Source of the DNA: Candidatus Omnitrophota bacterium
GTDB taxonomy: Bacteria > Omnitrophota > Gorgyraeia > VGKH01
DNA length: 64,000 nucleotides
Direction: 5' to 3'
Assembly (NCBI GenBank): GCA_016867135.1
Contig: VGKH01000002.1
Coordinates: 6,312 to 70,311 of the forward strand
In this document: positions 48,222-58,794 of the stretch, one piece after another
Numbering within the stretch: position 1 is the stretch's first letter
Layout: every line of letters begins with the position of its first letter
Translations under genes and position numbers: made by a program
The notes under the pieces: generated by a model
Seen by the model: the letters and a program-made list of their open reading frames with translations, nothing else
The model's database searches: none
Told to the model about the DNA's origin: nothing

Positions 48222-48796
48222 TAGAGATAAATTTATTACCTCAGGAATTAAGAAAAAAAGAATCAAATTTCAAACTGCCGTTTCCCAAGGAGAATCTTAT
48301 TTTATTTGGCGGGGCAATTCTAGTCTTGCTTATTCTGATTCATTTAATTTTGATGGGCGCCTTGGCAGCAAAGAAGGTCAAATACCTTGGTTTGAATATG
48401 GAGTGGCAGAAGATATTACCAGAGAAAAACAAGATTGATTCTTTGAAAGGCGAACAGAAAGAAATTACCGAGAAAATTAAGTCGATAGATAAATTAACTA
48501 AAAAAGGAAGAATAAGCTGGGCTAAGAAATTAAACGTAATAAGCGATGTTTTGCCTCAAGGGGTTTGGGTAAGGCGTGTCAATTTTATCGGAACGGCGTT
48601 AACTATCGAAGGAAGTTCCGTGTCTTTAAGAGGCGAAGAGGTAATACTGGTTAACAAATTTGCTTCTGCCCTTAAGAATAGTGCTAATTTTTATTCTGAT
48701 TTTAAAGATGTAGAAGTCGGTTCAATAAAGAGACGTCAGATCAAAAATATAGAAGTCGCCGATTTTGTTTTGCTGGCCACTGTAAAAGAAAAATGA
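48218..48796 (+). CDS. pilN: type IV pilus assembly protein PilN
   Basis: MIEINLLPQELRKKE start, single TM, coiled coil. Confidence 0.8.
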   Translation: MIEINLLPQELRKKESNFKLPFPKENLILFGGAILVLLILIHLILMGALAAKKVKYLGLNMEWQKILPEKNKIDSLKGEQKEITEKIKSIDKLTKKGRISWAKKLNVISDVLPQGVWVRRVNFIGTALTIEGSSVSLRGEEVILVNKFASALKNSANFYSDFKDVEVGSIKRRQIKNIEVADFVLLATVKEK

Positions 48797-49383
48797 AGAA
48801 AAAGAATATTGATTTCTTAAAGAAAATAGATTTGCAAAAACATGCAAAATTAATTTTAGGTGTTGCCGCAGCATTGTTGTTGCTTTTAGATTTTACTTTA
48901 ATTATGAGGCCACAGATTAAATGGTTAAAAGACTTTAACCCCAAGATAAGCGAACTCAGGAATAATATCGACCAAACTCGTAGAGACATGGCATTGCTTA
49001 AACACATTGAAGAGGCTTCGCAGAGTTCCAGGAAGAAAATGTCAGACATAGAAAAGCGCGTGCCACAGGAAGAAGATATCCCAATGATTCTGCAGGACAT
49101 ATCCAGCGCCGCTAACAATTCAATGATAAAGATATTGCAGATTAGGCCCGTGAAGGAAGAAAAAGAAGTCGCGCTCAAGACTCCCTCTGGGCAATACTAT
49201 CGCATACCTATTTCCATAGAAGCGAAAGGCAGTTATCATCTATTTGGGAAATTCTTGAGCGTATTGGAAAATAGCGAAATTTTTATGAGCGTTAGCAATT
49301 TAGAGATAACTTCAAGCGACAGGGATTACAAAAAGCATAATATAAATTTGGTAATTAACACTTTTATTTTTAAAAGCAAATGA
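48793..49383 (+). CDS. pilO: type IV pilus assembly protein PilO
   Basis: single TM + coiled coil + C-terminal domain, operon position. Confidence 0.7.
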   Translation: MKKKNIDFLKKIDLQKHAKLILGVAAALLLLLDFTLIMRPQIKWLKDFNPKISELRNNIDQTRRDMALLKHIEEASQSSRKKMSDIEKRVPQEEDIPMILQDISSAANNSMIKILQIRPVKEEKEVALKTPSGQYYRIPISIEAKGSYHLFGKFLSVLENSEIFMSVSNLEITSSDRDYKKHNINLVINTFIFKSK

Positions 49384-49739
49384 AAAGAAGAATTTTGATA
49401 ATATTAGGGGCTTTATTATGTTGCGCTAGTCTTATGGCTGCCGAGGAAAAAGAAGAGACTTTTGTTTACGACAGCAAGGGGAGGCGCGATCCATTTTTAT
49501 CCTTGGTTAGCCCCGAAGGCTACTTAATAAATGTTGAGCCTTTTAGCGACGCTTCGGAAGTTAATCTAGAGGGTATCATCTATGACCCAAGCGGAAAATC
49601 ATTTGCTATCATAAACACCCAAGTTGTAAAAAACGGAGATAAGATAGGTCTCTTCGAGGTCTTGAAGATTGAAGAAAACAAAGTTATCTTATTAAAGGAT
49701 GCGGAAAGATTTGAAATTGAATTGAAGGAGGGGCGTTAA
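49380..49739 (+). CDS. pilP: pilus assembly protein PilP-like lipoprotein
   Basis: signal peptide with Cys (LLCCAS), DPF motif, beta-sandwich-like C-term; between pilO and pilQ. Confidence 0.55.
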   Translation: MKRRILIILGALLCCASLMAAEEKEETFVYDSKGRRDPFLSLVSPEGYLINVEPFSDASEVNLEGIIYDPSGKSFAIINTQVVKNGDKIGLFEVLKIEENKVILLKDAERFEIELKEGR

Positions 49740-51145
49740 TGAAGAAATTATTCTTCTTATTATTTTTTGTATTAAGTTGCAGTTTTTTAATGGCCCAAGA
49801 TGAGGCGACAAGCGACTCTCAGGTCCAGTCCTCACCCGAAGCTCAACCAGATACGCAAAAAGAAGTACTTATTCAGGTTGAATCGGAAGTTAAGCCGGGA
49901 AATGTTACATTGGATTTTCGCGATGCCGACATCCGCAATGTTCTTAGGATCCTATCTTATAAAAGTGGCGTTAATATTATTGTCGGTCCAGAGGTCACAG
50001 GATTAGTTACGATCCAGCTTACCGATGTTCCCTGGGAAACGGCTCTCGATGTAATTTTAAGGACTTACGGTTATGGCTACGAGCGAAAAGGCAATATTAT
50101 AACCGTTACGACTTTCGAGAAATTGTCAGAGCAAAGAAGATTAGAGCAAGAATTAAAGGCGCAGGAGCCTTTAGTTACGGAAGTTTTCACTTTGAATTTC
50201 GCTAAGGCGGAGGCTGTTGTGGGGTCGATTAAGGAAATGCTTACTACTAGAGGGAGAGTGAATTTTGATAACCGCACCAATACAGTAATGGTTACTGATA
50301 GCATTAGCAATATTGATAGAATAAAACAAATAGTGCCAACTTTGGATGCGGTAACGCCGCAGGTTTTAATCGAGACAAAGATTATCAAGACTACCCTGAC
50401 CGATACCGAGAACCTCGGAGTCGACTGGACAGCGCAGATAACCGTTTCCGGAGCCCAGCATCCTACGATTTGGCCATTTGGTAGCGAGAAAAGTAACTTC
50501 TCTGAAGATTATTTGCCCGATGCATTTCCCGCAACTACCGCTGTTGATGGTACAGGCAGCGGAAGATTCAGATACGGGACGCTTGATTTTGCTTCGTTGC
50601 AAGCAGTTTTGCAAGTGTTGTCAACCAGAACCGACACCAATATATTGTCTAATCCCCGCATTGTAACATTAGATAATCAGGCGGCAAATATTATCGTGGG
50701 TAAAAAATATCCCCAGCCACAATATACCTACAATGCCGAACAGGCCAAGATGCAGGTTTCGGGCTGGGAATATTTAGATATCGGGATAATTCTTAATGTT
50801 ACACCGCACGTAAATAAAGCCGGTTTTGTAACTTTGGATATTGCGCCGCAGGTTTCTGATATTGATAGTTTTGCCACGGTTGAAGGTACTTCCATGCCGA
50901 TATTGACCACTGAACAGGCCAAAACCCAGGTCATGATTAAAGACGGAGAGACTTTAGTTATCGCAGGATTAATTAAGGACCAAGTCAGTAATACCAAGAA
51001 CAAAATTCCAATTTTAGGGGATATACCATTAATAGGTTTATTATTTAAGAAAAAAACGGACACAAAGCAAAAAACTGATCTTTTAATCTTCATAACTCCC
51101 CATATCATTACTCCGGTTATGGCTGCGGAGTCACCAGAAGCCTAG
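49739..51145 (+). CDS. pilQ: type IV pilus secretin PilQ
   Basis: Secretin N-domains (VTLDFRDADIRNVLRIL), C-terminal secretin core IPILGDIPLIGLLFKKK...LLIFITPHII. Confidence 0.85.
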   Translation: MKKLFFLLFFVLSCSFLMAQDEATSDSQVQSSPEAQPDTQKEVLIQVESEVKPGNVTLDFRDADIRNVLRILSYKSGVNIIVGPEVTGLVTIQLTDVPWETALDVILRTYGYGYERKGNIITVTTFEKLSEQRRLEQELKAQEPLVTEVFTLNFAKAEAVVGSIKEMLTTRGRVNFDNRTNTVMVTDSISNIDRIKQIVPTLDAVTPQVLIETKIIKTTLTDTENLGVDWTAQITVSGAQHPTIWPFGSEKSNFSEDYLPDAFPATTAVDGTGSGRFRYGTLDFASLQAVLQVLSTRTDTNILSNPRIVTLDNQAANIIVGKKYPQPQYTYNAEQAKMQVSGWEYLDIGIILNVTPHVNKAGFVTLDIAPQVSDIDSFATVEGTSMPILTTEQAKTQVMIKDGETLVIAGLIKDQVSNTKNKIPILGDIPLIGLLFKKKTDTKQKTDLLIFITPHIITPVMAAESPEA

Positions 51146-51211
51146 CTTATTAGCTTTCTAGTGTTTTGGAGATTAAAGCAATGGTGATTGCAGAAGTCCT
51201 GCTAATTTAGA

Positions 51212-52483
51212 ATGTCAAAAGAAATACTTATAAATATAAAAGAAAAAACCAAGAGGATTGCCGTAGTAAAAAATAACCTTCTAGAAGAATTTTATTTGGA
51301 GGTTATTAGCGAGGAATCCATATTGGGCAATGTCTATAAGGGGATAGTGCGTTCTTTGGTTCCTTCTATAGATGCGGCTTTTGTCGATATCGGCCAGGCT
51401 AGAAACGGTTTTCTTGATTTAGGCGAATTGACAAACCCGCTCGTAGAAGAGGAGCTGAAAGAGCAGGTATCCAAGGTTGATATCTACGATAGAAAAGATA
51501 ATGTTAATAGGTATAAAGTGGGCGATGAAGTAATGGTCCAAGTCGTAAAAGAGGCGTTTGGCACCAAGGGGCCCAGGCTTACCACTCACGTCAGCCTTCC
51601 TGGCAGATATTTGGTTTTGATGCCTTTGGACAGGAATATCGGTATTTCTCGAAGGATAAACGATCATAAAGAAAGAGATAGATTAAGATCTATATTGGGG
51701 AAGATAAATTTCCTTAAAAATACGGGCATAATTGTTCGTACCGTGGCTCAAGGAAAAACAAACAGAGATCTTATAAGAGACGGTAGCTTTCTTGTCAAGA
51801 CTTGGCGAGATATAAAAAAGAGGAATTTGAGGCAGAAAGCCCCTTCGCCTGTGCATAAAGAATATGGCATCCTTTTCAAGGTATTAAGGGATATATTTTC
51901 CGAGGATATGGAGAAGGTAACAATTGATTCAAAGCGCGAATACATCAATGTTTTTAGGTTTGTCAGGACTTTTCTAGGCGGCCATTTTGCAAGAAAAGTA
52001 AGGTTCTACAGGGAAGGCGTTCCGCTATTTGAATTAAAAAATATTGAAGATCAAATCAAGAAGCTTTATGAAAAAAGAGTTTTTCTAAAAAGTGGAGCCT
52101 ATATTGTTATTGAACCGACGGAAGGCTTAACTGTTATAGATGTAAATAGCGGCAGATTTACTTCTAAGGCAAGTCCTGAGAAGGCGGCATTTATGGTTAA
52201 TTTAGAGGCGGCCAGAGAAGCTGCCAGGCAATTACGCCTGCGGGATATCGGCGGGATAATTGTTATCGATTTTATTGATATGGATGAGGAATCGAATCAG
52301 CGGCAAGTGCTTAACGCATTCAAAGAAGCCTTAAGCCAGGACAGGGCCAAGACAGATGTTCTAGGTATATCCAAACTCGGGCTGGTGGAGATGACCAGGG
52401 CAAGAACCAGCCGATCCATAGAATCCAAGTACTATAAAATTTGTCCTTACTGCGAAGGTAGGGGTAAGCTTAAAATAGATTGA
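51212..52483 (+). CDS. rng: ribonuclease G/E family (Rng/CafA-like)
   Basis: S1 domain GNVYKGIVRSLVPSIDAAFVDIG; DNase I-like region; C-terminal Zn-link CPYCEGRG. Confidence 0.85.
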   Translation: MSKEILINIKEKTKRIAVVKNNLLEEFYLEVISEESILGNVYKGIVRSLVPSIDAAFVDIGQARNGFLDLGELTNPLVEEELKEQVSKVDIYDRKDNVNRYKVGDEVMVQVVKEAFGTKGPRLTTHVSLPGRYLVLMPLDRNIGISRRINDHKERDRLRSILGKINFLKNTGIIVRTVAQGKTNRDLIRDGSFLVKTWRDIKKRNLRQKAPSPVHKEYGILFKVLRDIFSEDMEKVTIDSKREYINVFRFVRTFLGGHFARKVRFYREGVPLFELKNIEDQIKKLYEKRVFLKSGAYIVIEPTEGLTVIDVNSGRFTSKASPEKAAFMVNLEAAREAARQLRLRDIGGIIVIDFIDMDEESNQRQVLNAFKEALSQDRAKTDVLGISKLGLVEMTRARTSRSIESKYYKICPYCEGRGKLKID

Positions 52484-52507
52484 CAGGCAAATAAAACTGA
52501 GTATAAT
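52480..52507 (+). promoter_or_regulatory. sigma70-like promoter TTGACA-N16-TATAAT upstream of rplU
   Basis: TTGACA 52480-85, TATAAT 52502-07. Confidence 0.4.
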
Positions 52508-52565
52508 TTTTTGATATTTACCCAAGGTTTAAAACTAATATTTATCAACGATTTAGGAGGAGACA

Positions 52566-52883
52566 ATGTACGCAATAGTTAAGATTGGCGCAAGACAATA
52601 CAAAGTCGCCGAGGGCGATATTATTGAAGTGGAGAAGCTTGAAGCCAAAAAAGAAAAATCTACCACTTTAGACAATGTGCTTTTAGTCAAAGACAAAAAA
52701 GAAGTCAAAATAGGACAGCCGTATTTAAAGGATGTTAAGGTGACGGCTGAGGTCCTGGGTGATTTTAAGGCCAAAAAGGTTATTTCTTATAAATATCGAA
52801 GAAGACGCGCCTCTTCCGACTGGAAGAAGGGCCATAGGCAGCAGCTGACGCGGCTAAAAATAGACAAGATAGTCTCTAAATAA
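52566..52883 (+). CDS. rplU: 50S ribosomal protein L21
   Basis: MYAIVKIGARQYKV...YRRRR...GHRQ. Confidence 0.9.
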   Translation: MYAIVKIGARQYKVAEGDIIEVEKLEAKKEKSTTLDNVLLVKDKKEVKIGQPYLKDVKVTAEVLGDFKAKKVISYKYRRRRASSDWKKGHRQQLTRLKIDKIVSK

Positions 52884-52887
52884 GGCG

Positions 52888-53859
52888 ATGCCTTTCGTTG
52901 ATGAAGCAAAGATTTATATTAATGGCGGGCACGGCGGCAAAGGTTGTAGGAGTTTTGATAGGTCGCTCTATTTTAAGCATCCCAAACCCAATGGCGGCAA
53001 TGGTGGCCACGGCGGGGATGTAGTTGTCATTGCCGATAATAAGATTCATACCCTCCTGGATTATAAATATCAACAACATTTCTCTGCCCCTTCCGGTGGC
53101 CACGGCGGCAGCAATAATAAACAGGGCAGAGACGGCCAAGATTGCATAATTAAAGTACCCCTGGGTACTAACGTCATTGATTTTGAAACAGGGTATCTTT
53201 TGCGCGATTTAGAGGAGCATGGCCAGAAGGTAATTGTTGCCAAGGGCGGCGCTGGCGGTACGGGTAATAATAATGCCCGAGTAGTAGGCGAGGGAAAGCC
53301 CGGAGAGAAAAGAACCTTAAAACTTGAAGTAAAACTAATAGCCGACATTGGTATTGTCGGATTTCCTAATGCGGGAAAATCTACTTTGATATCGTGCCTA
53401 ACGAATGCCAGGCCTAAGATTGCAAGCTATCCTTTTACCACCAAAGCCCCGGTTTTGGGCAATTTAGAGATAGATGATACAATTATGACGATTGCGGATT
53501 TGCCGGGCTTGATCGAAGGTGCCCATGAAGGCAGGGGCTTAGGAGACAGATTTCTAAAACACGTAGAGAAAACCAGGATACTGATTCATCTTATAGATAT
53601 CTCTGGAGTGGCAAGCGAACCCATAAAGAATTATCAGGCCTTAAACAAAGAATTGAAATTTTATAGCGGGGCTCTTTCAGCAAAAAAGCAAATAATCGTG
53701 GCAAATAAGATGGATTTGCCCGACTCAAAGAATAATTTGGAGGAATTTAAGAAAGTAATAAAGAAAAGAATTTATCCTATATCGGCTTTAGAAAAGCGGG
53801 GGATAGAAGAGTTATTAAAAGCAATAAAGAAAGAATATGAGAAGACAATTTCCGCATAA
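52888..53859 (+). CDS. obg: GTPase Obg/CgtA
   Basis: FVDEAKIYINGG, Gly-rich Obg fold, G-domain GIVGFPNAGKST, DLPG. Confidence 0.9.
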   Translation: MPFVDEAKIYINGGHGGKGCRSFDRSLYFKHPKPNGGNGGHGGDVVVIADNKIHTLLDYKYQQHFSAPSGGHGGSNNKQGRDGQDCIIKVPLGTNVIDFETGYLLRDLEEHGQKVIVAKGGAGGTGNNNARVVGEGKPGEKRTLKLEVKLIADIGIVGFPNAGKSTLISCLTNARPKIASYPFTTKAPVLGNLEIDDTIMTIADLPGLIEGAHEGRGLGDRFLKHVEKTRILIHLIDISGVASEPIKNYQALNKELKFYSGALSAKKQIIVANKMDLPDSKNNLEEFKKVIKKRIYPISALEKRGIEELLKAIKKEYEKTISA

Positions 53860-54922
53860 GATAAAAAGGATAGTTGTAAAAGTCGGATCAAGCATGCTGG
53901 CATCCAGCCACGGCGGATTGGATAACAAGATTATCGAGGAGCTAGTTAACCAGATTTGTTCGCTAGCCGCATCCGGAAAAGAAGTAATCTTGGTTTCCTC
54001 CGGAGCCATCGCTTCTGGCTTGGCCGAGATGGGATTAAAGGTAAGGCCGCAGGATTTATCCAGCTTGCAGGCAGCAGCTTCTATCGGCCAGAGCATATTG
54101 ATGCAAAGGTATAATGATTATTTCAAGAAAAATAAAGTTTCTTGCGCTCAAGTGTTGCTTACCTGGGAAGATTTCTGTCAGCGCCAACGCTATCTGAATG
54201 CAAGAAATACCGTAGCTAGGCTTCTAGAATATAAAATAGTACCGATTATCAATGAAAACGATGCAGTTTCAACCGATGAGATTAAATTCGGGGATAACGA
54301 TAAGCTTTCCGCTTTGGTAGCTAATTTATCCGAGGCCGATTTGTTGGTTTTACTTTCCGATGTTGATGGGCTATATCGGACGAAAAAAGACGATATCATT
54401 TCGGTGGTTGAACAATTAACCGATGAAATCAAAAAGCTAGCCAAAGGCACTGATAAAAAATTTATTTCCCGCGGTGGAATGATTTCAAAATTAGAAGCCG
54501 CAGAGATTGTTATGCATGCAGGGATTCCTTGCGTAATCGCAAACGGAAAGACTAAAGGCAATCTCTTGAAGATTTTAGAAGGCCAGGATATCGGAACTTT
54601 GTTTTTGCCGAAAGAGGATAAACTTATTGCTCGGGATAGATGGATTGCATTCGGGGCAAAAACCAAGGGCAAGATTATCGTTGATGACGGAGCGAAAGGT
54701 GCATTGATAAAACAGGGCAAAAGCCTTCTTTGCCCCGGGGTGGTAGATTTAGAGGGTAAATTTACAGCTGGCGATATGGTTTCCGTCGTCGATAAAAACC
54801 ATAAAGAATTTGCCAGGGGAATATGCAATTATTCTTCAGCAGAGCTTAAAAACATCAAAGGCTGTAAGGGCAAAGAAGAAGTTATTCATAGGGACGATTT
54901 AGTTATTACCGTTAAGGAATAA
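53837..54922 (+). CDS. proB: glutamate 5-kinase with PUA domain
   Basis: KRIVVKVGSS... AAK family; C-terminal PUA. Confidence 0.9.
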   Translation: MRRQFPHKIKRIVVKVGSSMLASSHGGLDNKIIEELVNQICSLAASGKEVILVSSGAIASGLAEMGLKVRPQDLSSLQAAASIGQSILMQRYNDYFKKNKVSCAQVLLTWEDFCQRQRYLNARNTVARLLEYKIVPIINENDAVSTDEIKFGDNDKLSALVANLSEADLLVLLSDVDGLYRTKKDDIISVVEQLTDEIKKLAKGTDKKFISRGGMISKLEAAEIVMHAGIPCVIANGKTKGNLLKILEGQDIGTLFLPKEDKLIARDRWIAFGAKTKGKIIVDDGAKGALIKQGKSLLCPGVVDLEGKFTAGDMVSVVDKNHKEFARGICNYSSAELKNIKGCKGKEEVIHRDDLVITVKE

Positions 54923-54923
54923 G

Positions 54924-56180
54924 ATGGAGCTTAAGAAAAAGATTATAACTATGGCAAAAGATGCCCAAGAGGCTTCAAGAGAACTTGCTTTGGCTTCTGC
55001 CAAGTTAAAAAATAAGGCCTTAGTTTCCATGGCCAAGTCTTTAAAGGCAAATAAAAGTTTTATTTTATCGCAGAATAGAAAAGATATAGCCAATGCCCAT
55101 AAAAAAGGAATGAGAGGTTCTTTAATTGACCGCTTGATGCTAAATGACAAACGCCTAAATGAAATGAGCCGGTCTTTGATGCAGGTTGCTGCGTTGAAAG
55201 ATTACGTCGGAGAAACTATTAAATCGTGGAGGCGGCCCAACGGCTTATTAATTTCTAAAGTTCGTGTTCCAATCGGAGTTATCGCGATTATTTATGAAGC
55301 CAGGCCCAATGTCACCTCAGACTGCATAGGATTATGCCTAAAATCTTCTAACAGCGTAATCCTGAAGGGCGGATCGGAAGCGCTCAATTCAAACATAGCA
55401 ATTTACAAAGTTCTCAAAAATGCGGCCCGGAGATTTAAAATCCCTCTTAATGCAATAAATCTGATTGATACAGCTGATAGGAAGGCAATTGATATCTTGT
55501 TGAAGCTTAATAATTATATTGATTTGGTTATTCCTCGAGGAGGGGAAAGCCTGATACGCAGCGTCGCCGCTAAATCAAAGATCCCCGTGGTAAAACATTA
55601 CAAAGGAATTTGCCATACTTACGTTGATAAATACGCCGATATGGATACGGCTTTAAATGTGAGCTTTAACGCTAAGGTCCAGCGGCCATCGGTCTGTAAT
55701 GCCATGGAGACGCTGTTGGTGCATAGGGATATTGCAAAAAGATTTTTGCCGGGAATGGCCAAAAGATTTATAGCCGCAGGCGTTGAGCTTCGCGGTTGTG
55801 AGAAAACCAGGAAGATTATCAAGGGCATAAAAAAGGCGACCAATAAAGATTGGATCACAGAATATCTTGATCTTATTCTTTCGATTAAGGTCGTTGATAG
55901 CCTTGATGATGCGATAAATCATATAAATACATTTGGTTCTAAGCATTCGGATGCGATAATTACCGAGAATAAAAATAATGCATCGGAATTCTTGAAACGC
56001 ATTGATTCCGCCGCAGTTTTTGTTAATGCCTCTACACGTTTTACCGACGGATATCAATTTGGATTAGGCGCAGAGATAGGCATAAGTACGGAAAAACTGC
56101 ATGCCAGAGGACCAATGGCCTTGGAAGAATTATCTACCTATAAATATGCCATTACAGGCGACGGTCAAATAAGACAATGA
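54924..56180 (+). CDS. proA: gamma-glutamyl phosphate reductase
   Basis: aldehyde dehydrogenase-like, catalytic Cys region NASTRFTDG. Confidence 0.9.
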   Translation: MELKKKIITMAKDAQEASRELALASAKLKNKALVSMAKSLKANKSFILSQNRKDIANAHKKGMRGSLIDRLMLNDKRLNEMSRSLMQVAALKDYVGETIKSWRRPNGLLISKVRVPIGVIAIIYEARPNVTSDCIGLCLKSSNSVILKGGSEALNSNIAIYKVLKNAARRFKIPLNAINLIDTADRKAIDILLKLNNYIDLVIPRGGESLIRSVAAKSKIPVVKHYKGICHTYVDKYADMDTALNVSFNAKVQRPSVCNAMETLLVHRDIAKRFLPGMAKRFIAAGVELRGCEKTRKIIKGIKKATNKDWITEYLDLILSIKVVDSLDDAINHINTFGSKHSDAIITENKNNASEFLKRIDSAAVFVNASTRFTDGYQFGLGAEIGISTEKLHARGPMALEELSTYKYAITGDGQIRQ

Positions 56181-56758
56181 AACGTATCGGAATTTTTGGC
56201 GGGACATTTGACCCAATCCACAACGGTCACATTATGATTGCGGAAGAGGTATTTAAGGAATTAAATTTAGACAAGATCATTTTTGTCCCTGCGAATATCC
56301 CCCCGCATAAATTACATATAAAGATCGCCAATGCCCAAGATCGATACAACATGACAAAATTGGCTGTCGATTACAACGATAATTTTGAGGTTTCAGATAT
56401 AGAGCTTAAACGCCAAGGTCCGTCGTATTCAATCGATACGATAAATGAACTTAAGGAAAATATCAAGCAAGATGCGGAGTTTTATTTTATCATCGGTTCC
56501 GATAGCATTCCGGAGTTAAGATACTGGAAGGATTTTAATAAGTTATTAAAGATTGTAAAATTCGTCGTTGTAAATAGGCCGCGGCACGGCTTTAAAGGGG
56601 TGCCTCCTGGAGCATTAAGGATACAGTTAAGAGGCATGGATATTTCTTCTTCAAAAATAAGAAATAGGATAAAAGAGGCCGAATCGGTAGATTCTTTGGT
56701 GCCCGAAGAGGTAAAACAATACATAACTAAACAAGGGTTGTATAAAAATGAAAAATAA
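56177..56758 (+). CDS. nadD: nicotinate-nucleotide adenylyltransferase
   Basis: IGIFGGTFDPIHNGH (H/T-x-G-H). Confidence 0.85.
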   Translation: MKRIGIFGGTFDPIHNGHIMIAEEVFKELNLDKIIFVPANIPPHKLHIKIANAQDRYNMTKLAVDYNDNFEVSDIELKRQGPSYSIDTINELKENIKQDAEFYFIIGSDSIPELRYWKDFNKLLKIVKFVVVNRPRHGFKGVPPGALRIQLRGMDISSSKIRNRIKEAESVDSLVPEEVKQYITKQGLYKNEK

Positions 56759-57398
56759 GATTTTGATCGCGCCCTCTATACTGGCTGCTGATTTTGCAAG
56801 ATTAAAAGATGAAATTCAAGCGGTTGAATCTGCCGGAGCAGATTTAATCCATATCGATGTTATGGATGGGAATTTTGTCCCAAATATTACTATCGGGCCT
56901 TGCGTTATAAAGGATATTAGGAAGATAACCAAGCTGCCTTTAATCTCGCATTTAATGATAGCCGATCCTTTTAAATATGCAGATGATTTTTTCAATGCCG
57001 GCTCAGATGCTATAAGCGTGCATATCGAAGCTATAAAACCTGAAGATTTCAAGGCCAATGCGCCAAAAATCAAGAACATGAAAAGAAAAATCGGTATTGC
57101 CTTAAATCCCCCGACAAAATTATCTGCAATCAAAAATTTAGTGGATTTAGCCGATTTTGTTTTGGTCATGTCGGTTAACCCGGGTTTTAGCGGCCAGAGT
57201 TTTATTCCAGATGTAGTCCCCAAGATTAAAGAACTCAGGAAATTCTATTCAGGCGATATTGAGGTAGACGGTGGAATAAATGATAAAAATGCCAAGTTGG
57301 TTTTAGATGCTGGGGCCAACATTTTGGCTGCAGCCAGTTTTATTTTTCAGGCAAAAGACAAAAAAGACGCAATAGAAAGGTTAAGAAATGCAAAATAA
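56748..57398 (+). CDS. rpe: ribulose-phosphate 3-epimerase
   Basis: IAPSILAADFARL...HIDVMDGNFVPN. Confidence 0.9.
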   Translation: MKNKILIAPSILAADFARLKDEIQAVESAGADLIHIDVMDGNFVPNITIGPCVIKDIRKITKLPLISHLMIADPFKYADDFFNAGSDAISVHIEAIKPEDFKANAPKIKNMKRKIGIALNPPTKLSAIKNLVDLADFVLVMSVNPGFSGQSFIPDVVPKIKELRKFYSGDIEVDGGINDKNAKLVLDAGANILAAASFIFQAKDKKDAIERLRNAK

Positions 57399-58794
57399 AG
57401 ACATCAAATTTGGTACAGACGGTTGGCGGGGAGTAATCTCCGATAATTTTACATTTAAGAATGTTAGGGTTGTCGCTCAGGCGATCAGCGATTGGATAGA
57501 AAAAGATTTTTCTAACAAAAATGTCGTCGTAGGTTATGATACCAGATTTCTTTCCGGCGAATATGCCGAGCTTGTCAGCAGAGTAATGGCAGCAAACGGA
57601 ATAAAGGTTTTATTATCCAACAGGGCAGTTCCTACTCCCGCAGTAAGTCTTATTACCAGAGAAAAACATCTCTGTGCCGGAATCATGATAACGGCAAGCC
57701 ATAATCCGGCTCAATTTAATGGAATAAAAATAAAAGTCGCAACTGGCGGCGCAGCCCCGGAAGAAGTCACTAAAAAAGTTGAGAAGCTGCTTTTTAAGTC
57801 CAAAGTAAAAGACATCAGTCTGGAAGAAGCGGTTTCTAAAAACAAAATTAAGATAATTGATATTACAAAAACATATCTAAATTTTATCCGTTCCTACGTT
57901 GACCTTAAAGCACTTAAGAATTCTAAATTCAGAGTTTTGGTTGACGCGATGTATGGCAGCGGTGATAGTTTTATCGGTGAAATACTTAAACCAACGAAGA
58001 TAAAAGTAGAATTCTTAAGAAATAATATCAATCCTTCTTTTGACGGAAGGCAACCAGAGCCGGTAGCAGAGAATCTTGGAGTGTTGCTTTCTAAAATGAA
58101 GAAAGAGAAATTTGATATTGGTTTGGTTCTCGACGGAGATGCCGACAGGATTGCCGCGGCCGCACCCGGGGGAGAATTTGTCAGCCCACAGAGGATTATC
58201 GGGCTTTTGGCTCTACATTTAATCGAAGACAGGCGCTACAGAGGCGGCATGGTAAAGACCATAGCTGGAAGTAACTTGCATGATAATATCGCCAGGTATT
58301 TTTCCCGGAAACTTTACGAAACTCCCGTAGGTTTTAAGTATATCTCGGAATTAATGACCACAAAAGATATCCTAATCGGCGGAGAAGAGGCAGGCGGAAT
58401 AGGATTCAAAAACTATATCCCTGAAAGAGACGGCACCTTGGCCGGGTTATTGCTTTTAGAGATGCTGGCGTATAGAAAAAAGACTTTTAAGGTAGTAATC
58501 AAGGAGATGGAGACGAAATTCGGGAAATATTATTACCTGAGAGACGATTTGAAATTGAAAGATAAAGCTCCAGATGTTTTAAGGTTAAGGTCCACTAAAA
58601 AGATTCTAGGCAGGAAAGTTGTAGAAATTAAAGATTACGACGGTATAAAGTTGATTTGTGACGACGGAAGCTGGCTTATGCTTAGAGCTTCAGGCACTGA
58701 ACCGTTGGTTAGAGTTTATTCAGAGTCAAAATCCTTGGCCAAAGCAAAGAAATTGTTAGAAGAAGGAAGCAAATTAATTAACAGCTTAAAATAG
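57388..58794 (+). CDS. phosphoglucomutase/phosphomannomutase family protein
   Basis: FGTDGWRG; active-site TASHNPAQFNG; Mg loop DGDADR. Confidence 0.8.
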   Translation: MQNKDIKFGTDGWRGVISDNFTFKNVRVVAQAISDWIEKDFSNKNVVVGYDTRFLSGEYAELVSRVMAANGIKVLLSNRAVPTPAVSLITREKHLCAGIMITASHNPAQFNGIKIKVATGGAAPEEVTKKVEKLLFKSKVKDISLEEAVSKNKIKIIDITKTYLNFIRSYVDLKALKNSKFRVLVDAMYGSGDSFIGEILKPTKIKVEFLRNNINPSFDGRQPEPVAENLGVLLSKMKKEKFDIGLVLDGDADRIAAAAPGGEFVSPQRIIGLLALHLIEDRRYRGGMVKTIAGSNLHDNIARYFSRKLYETPVGFKYISELMTTKDILIGGEEAGGIGFKNYIPERDGTLAGLLLLEMLAYRKKTFKVVIKEMETKFGKYYYLRDDLKLKDKAPDVLRLRSTKKILGRKVVEIKDYDGIKLICDDGSWLMLRASGTEPLVRVYSESKSLAKAKKLLEEGSKLINSLK

